Shown here piece by piece: positions 62,450 through 64,000 of a stretch of 64,000 nt of DNA. The stretch covers positions 34,040,001-34,104,000 of the forward strand of contig NW_024704743.1 of assembly GCF_018977255.1 (NCBI RefSeq), written 5' to 3'. The notes under the pieces are model-generated. The model searched no databases. It worked only from the letters and a program-made list of their open reading frames with translations, and was not told where the DNA came from. A program made the position numbers and the translations under genes. This DNA is from Callorhinchus milii (lineage: Eukaryota). Position 1 is the stretch's first letter. Each line of letters starts with the position of its first letter.

Positions 62450-62560
62450 AAAGTGAAAACAAAACAGAAGTCACTGGAACACTCAGCAGGTCGGGCAGCA
62501 TCTATGGAGAAAGGAAAGTGAGTCAACATTTTGGGTCCATGACTCTTCGTCAGAACAGAG
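62450..62560 (-). mobile_element. Penelope-type terminal repeat with degenerate hammerhead core
   Basis: Minus strand TTCTGACGAAGAGTCATGGACCCAAAATGTTGAC; adjacent sequence matches the palindrome arm at 28815. Confidence 0.6.
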
Positions 62561-63106
62561 TACAGTGTACAATACAGTTGTACCAGCGGAGTGAATAGGT
62601 CTCATGAGGTCTCACTGGAGGATTAGAAGGATTTTTTTTAGCTGTCATCAGACGAATAATAATCCTTGCATTAAGGATCTAAGTTAGGTCTTGCCTGAGT
62701 CTGTTGTCATAGCTGAAGACTAGTTGATCCTGGAGATGTTTTGTAGACATTTTAATGACCCTTTCTGCAGGTTCACTGAACAATTTAAGATCTACTTCCT
62801 CTGAGCAACTTCCTTGATGGGCAACTTAGGAAAACACAGAAAATAATAATAACTTGCACTCCTGTACACCTTTCATATAAAATAATCGTCTCAAAAGCGT
62901 TTTACAAAAGATACTTGATTAGAAATGAAAGTGAACATTGTTAAATGTACACACAGGGCAGCTATTTTGTGCCACCAACACATCACAAAGAGATGAACAG
63001 CCAATCCTTTTGAATTTGGGCATAAATTTGGAGCGGGTAACTCAGTTTTGCTTGGTGCCTAAGGCATTAGAAGCAGTTGAGCTGGCGCCTTCTTGTGAGG
63101 ACCCAG

Positions 63107-63476
63107 TAATAATAATCCTTGCATTTCATATAGCGCCTTATCATGACTTTGCGACGTCTCAAAGTGCTACACAGAATATACTGTAAAGTGAATTGATTGC
63201 ATATTTTGTGGGCGAAACGTGGCAGCCAATTGCACACAGTAGTGTCCCACAAACAGTTGTGGATTGAATGACCGAATTATAATTTATTTTTAAAAGTTTA
63301 TTACCCCAGGAAAAATGATCCAACAATCGACTAACAACCGGGTTCCTACTTACTGCTAGGTGAACAGAGGCGTGTGGAGTAAGGAAACTTGCCCAACGTT
63401 TTGCCCTGCCTGGGAATCAAACCCAGGTCCTCTCGCTTGCGAAGTGAGTGCTCTAACCACTGTGTTACAGGACTCC
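63107..63476 (-). mobile_element. Full-length tRNA-derived SINE (long form)
   Basis: Same structure as 53889-54260. Confidence 0.88.
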
Positions 63477-63914
63477 ATAGTAGGTCAATTCCCAAGCAAG
63501 TCATTTGAGTAAGTTCTGCTGAGAAACACGAAACCCCACGTTCCACCAGTCTTAGCCTGTAGGACCATTTTTGTCTCAAAAAATAAGGTAAAATTGTAGA
63601 AAATTCTTAAATTCAGTCTTATTGTTGGAAGCCAGATTTACAGAATTGAGCAGAATTGGCTGTTCATCTCATTTTCTTTATCAGCGGTTGCTGGCACAGA
63701 TTCCTTGTACCATGGAAATTGTGCTTCCTTGTTTTCCCCCTCCTTAATTTTCTCTCCGCCTTTTAAGAAAATGTTTTTTCTCCTTTGTTCCTTCTCGTGT
63801 TCTGGGGTGTTGTTACCCCACGAGAATTTAATAATAATAATTGTTACATTTGGCATAACGCCTTTCACATCAGGAGGACATCCCAAAACACTTCAAAGGA
63901 TTTTAAAAAATGTT

Positions 63915-64000
63915 TTGTCAGTCGGATGTCTGAAAAATGCTTAAGAGTATCCAAACCAAGCTGAGATTTCCATGCGTCCCACCTACACATGGAAATCCCA
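63915..64000 (+). repeat. Unassigned multi-hairpin repeat copy, cut by the window end
   Basis: gagtatccaaaccaagctgagatttccatg...catggaaatc. Confidence 0.7.

Overview
Eukaryotic (vertebrate) genomic DNA. The repeat content (CR1 and L2 LINE fragments, tRNA-derived SINEs with L2 tails, SacSINE1/Deu-like SINEs, Penelope-type palindromes) suggests a cartilaginous fish, possibly a chimaera; this is inference. The one host gene is GMPR (GMP reductase 1) on the + strand: TATA/CpG promoter near 36.8 kb and coding exons 1-6 (36905-55300), with a GC-AG intron 4. Exons 7 onward were not found and probably lie beyond the window. The most notable element is a decayed 6.2-kb endogenous retrovirus (10207-16396). 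It has a 689-bp 5' LTR, a tRNA-Arg primer-binding site, a coiled-coil Gag, YVDD RT, tether plus a second RNase H, a DD35E integrase, an env-position remnant and a truncated 3' LTR; the PBS and Gag match the hallmarks of snakehead retrovirus. The provirus sits between two ~225-bp inverted repeats. Also present: a Penelope-type palindrome with a 12-bp TSD, a degenerate hammerhead ribozyme core, an unassigned multi-hairpin repeat family (6 copies), and micro/minisatellites. Most short ORFs in the track are repeat-derived or spurious. Repeat boundaries are by eye and approximate unless stated.
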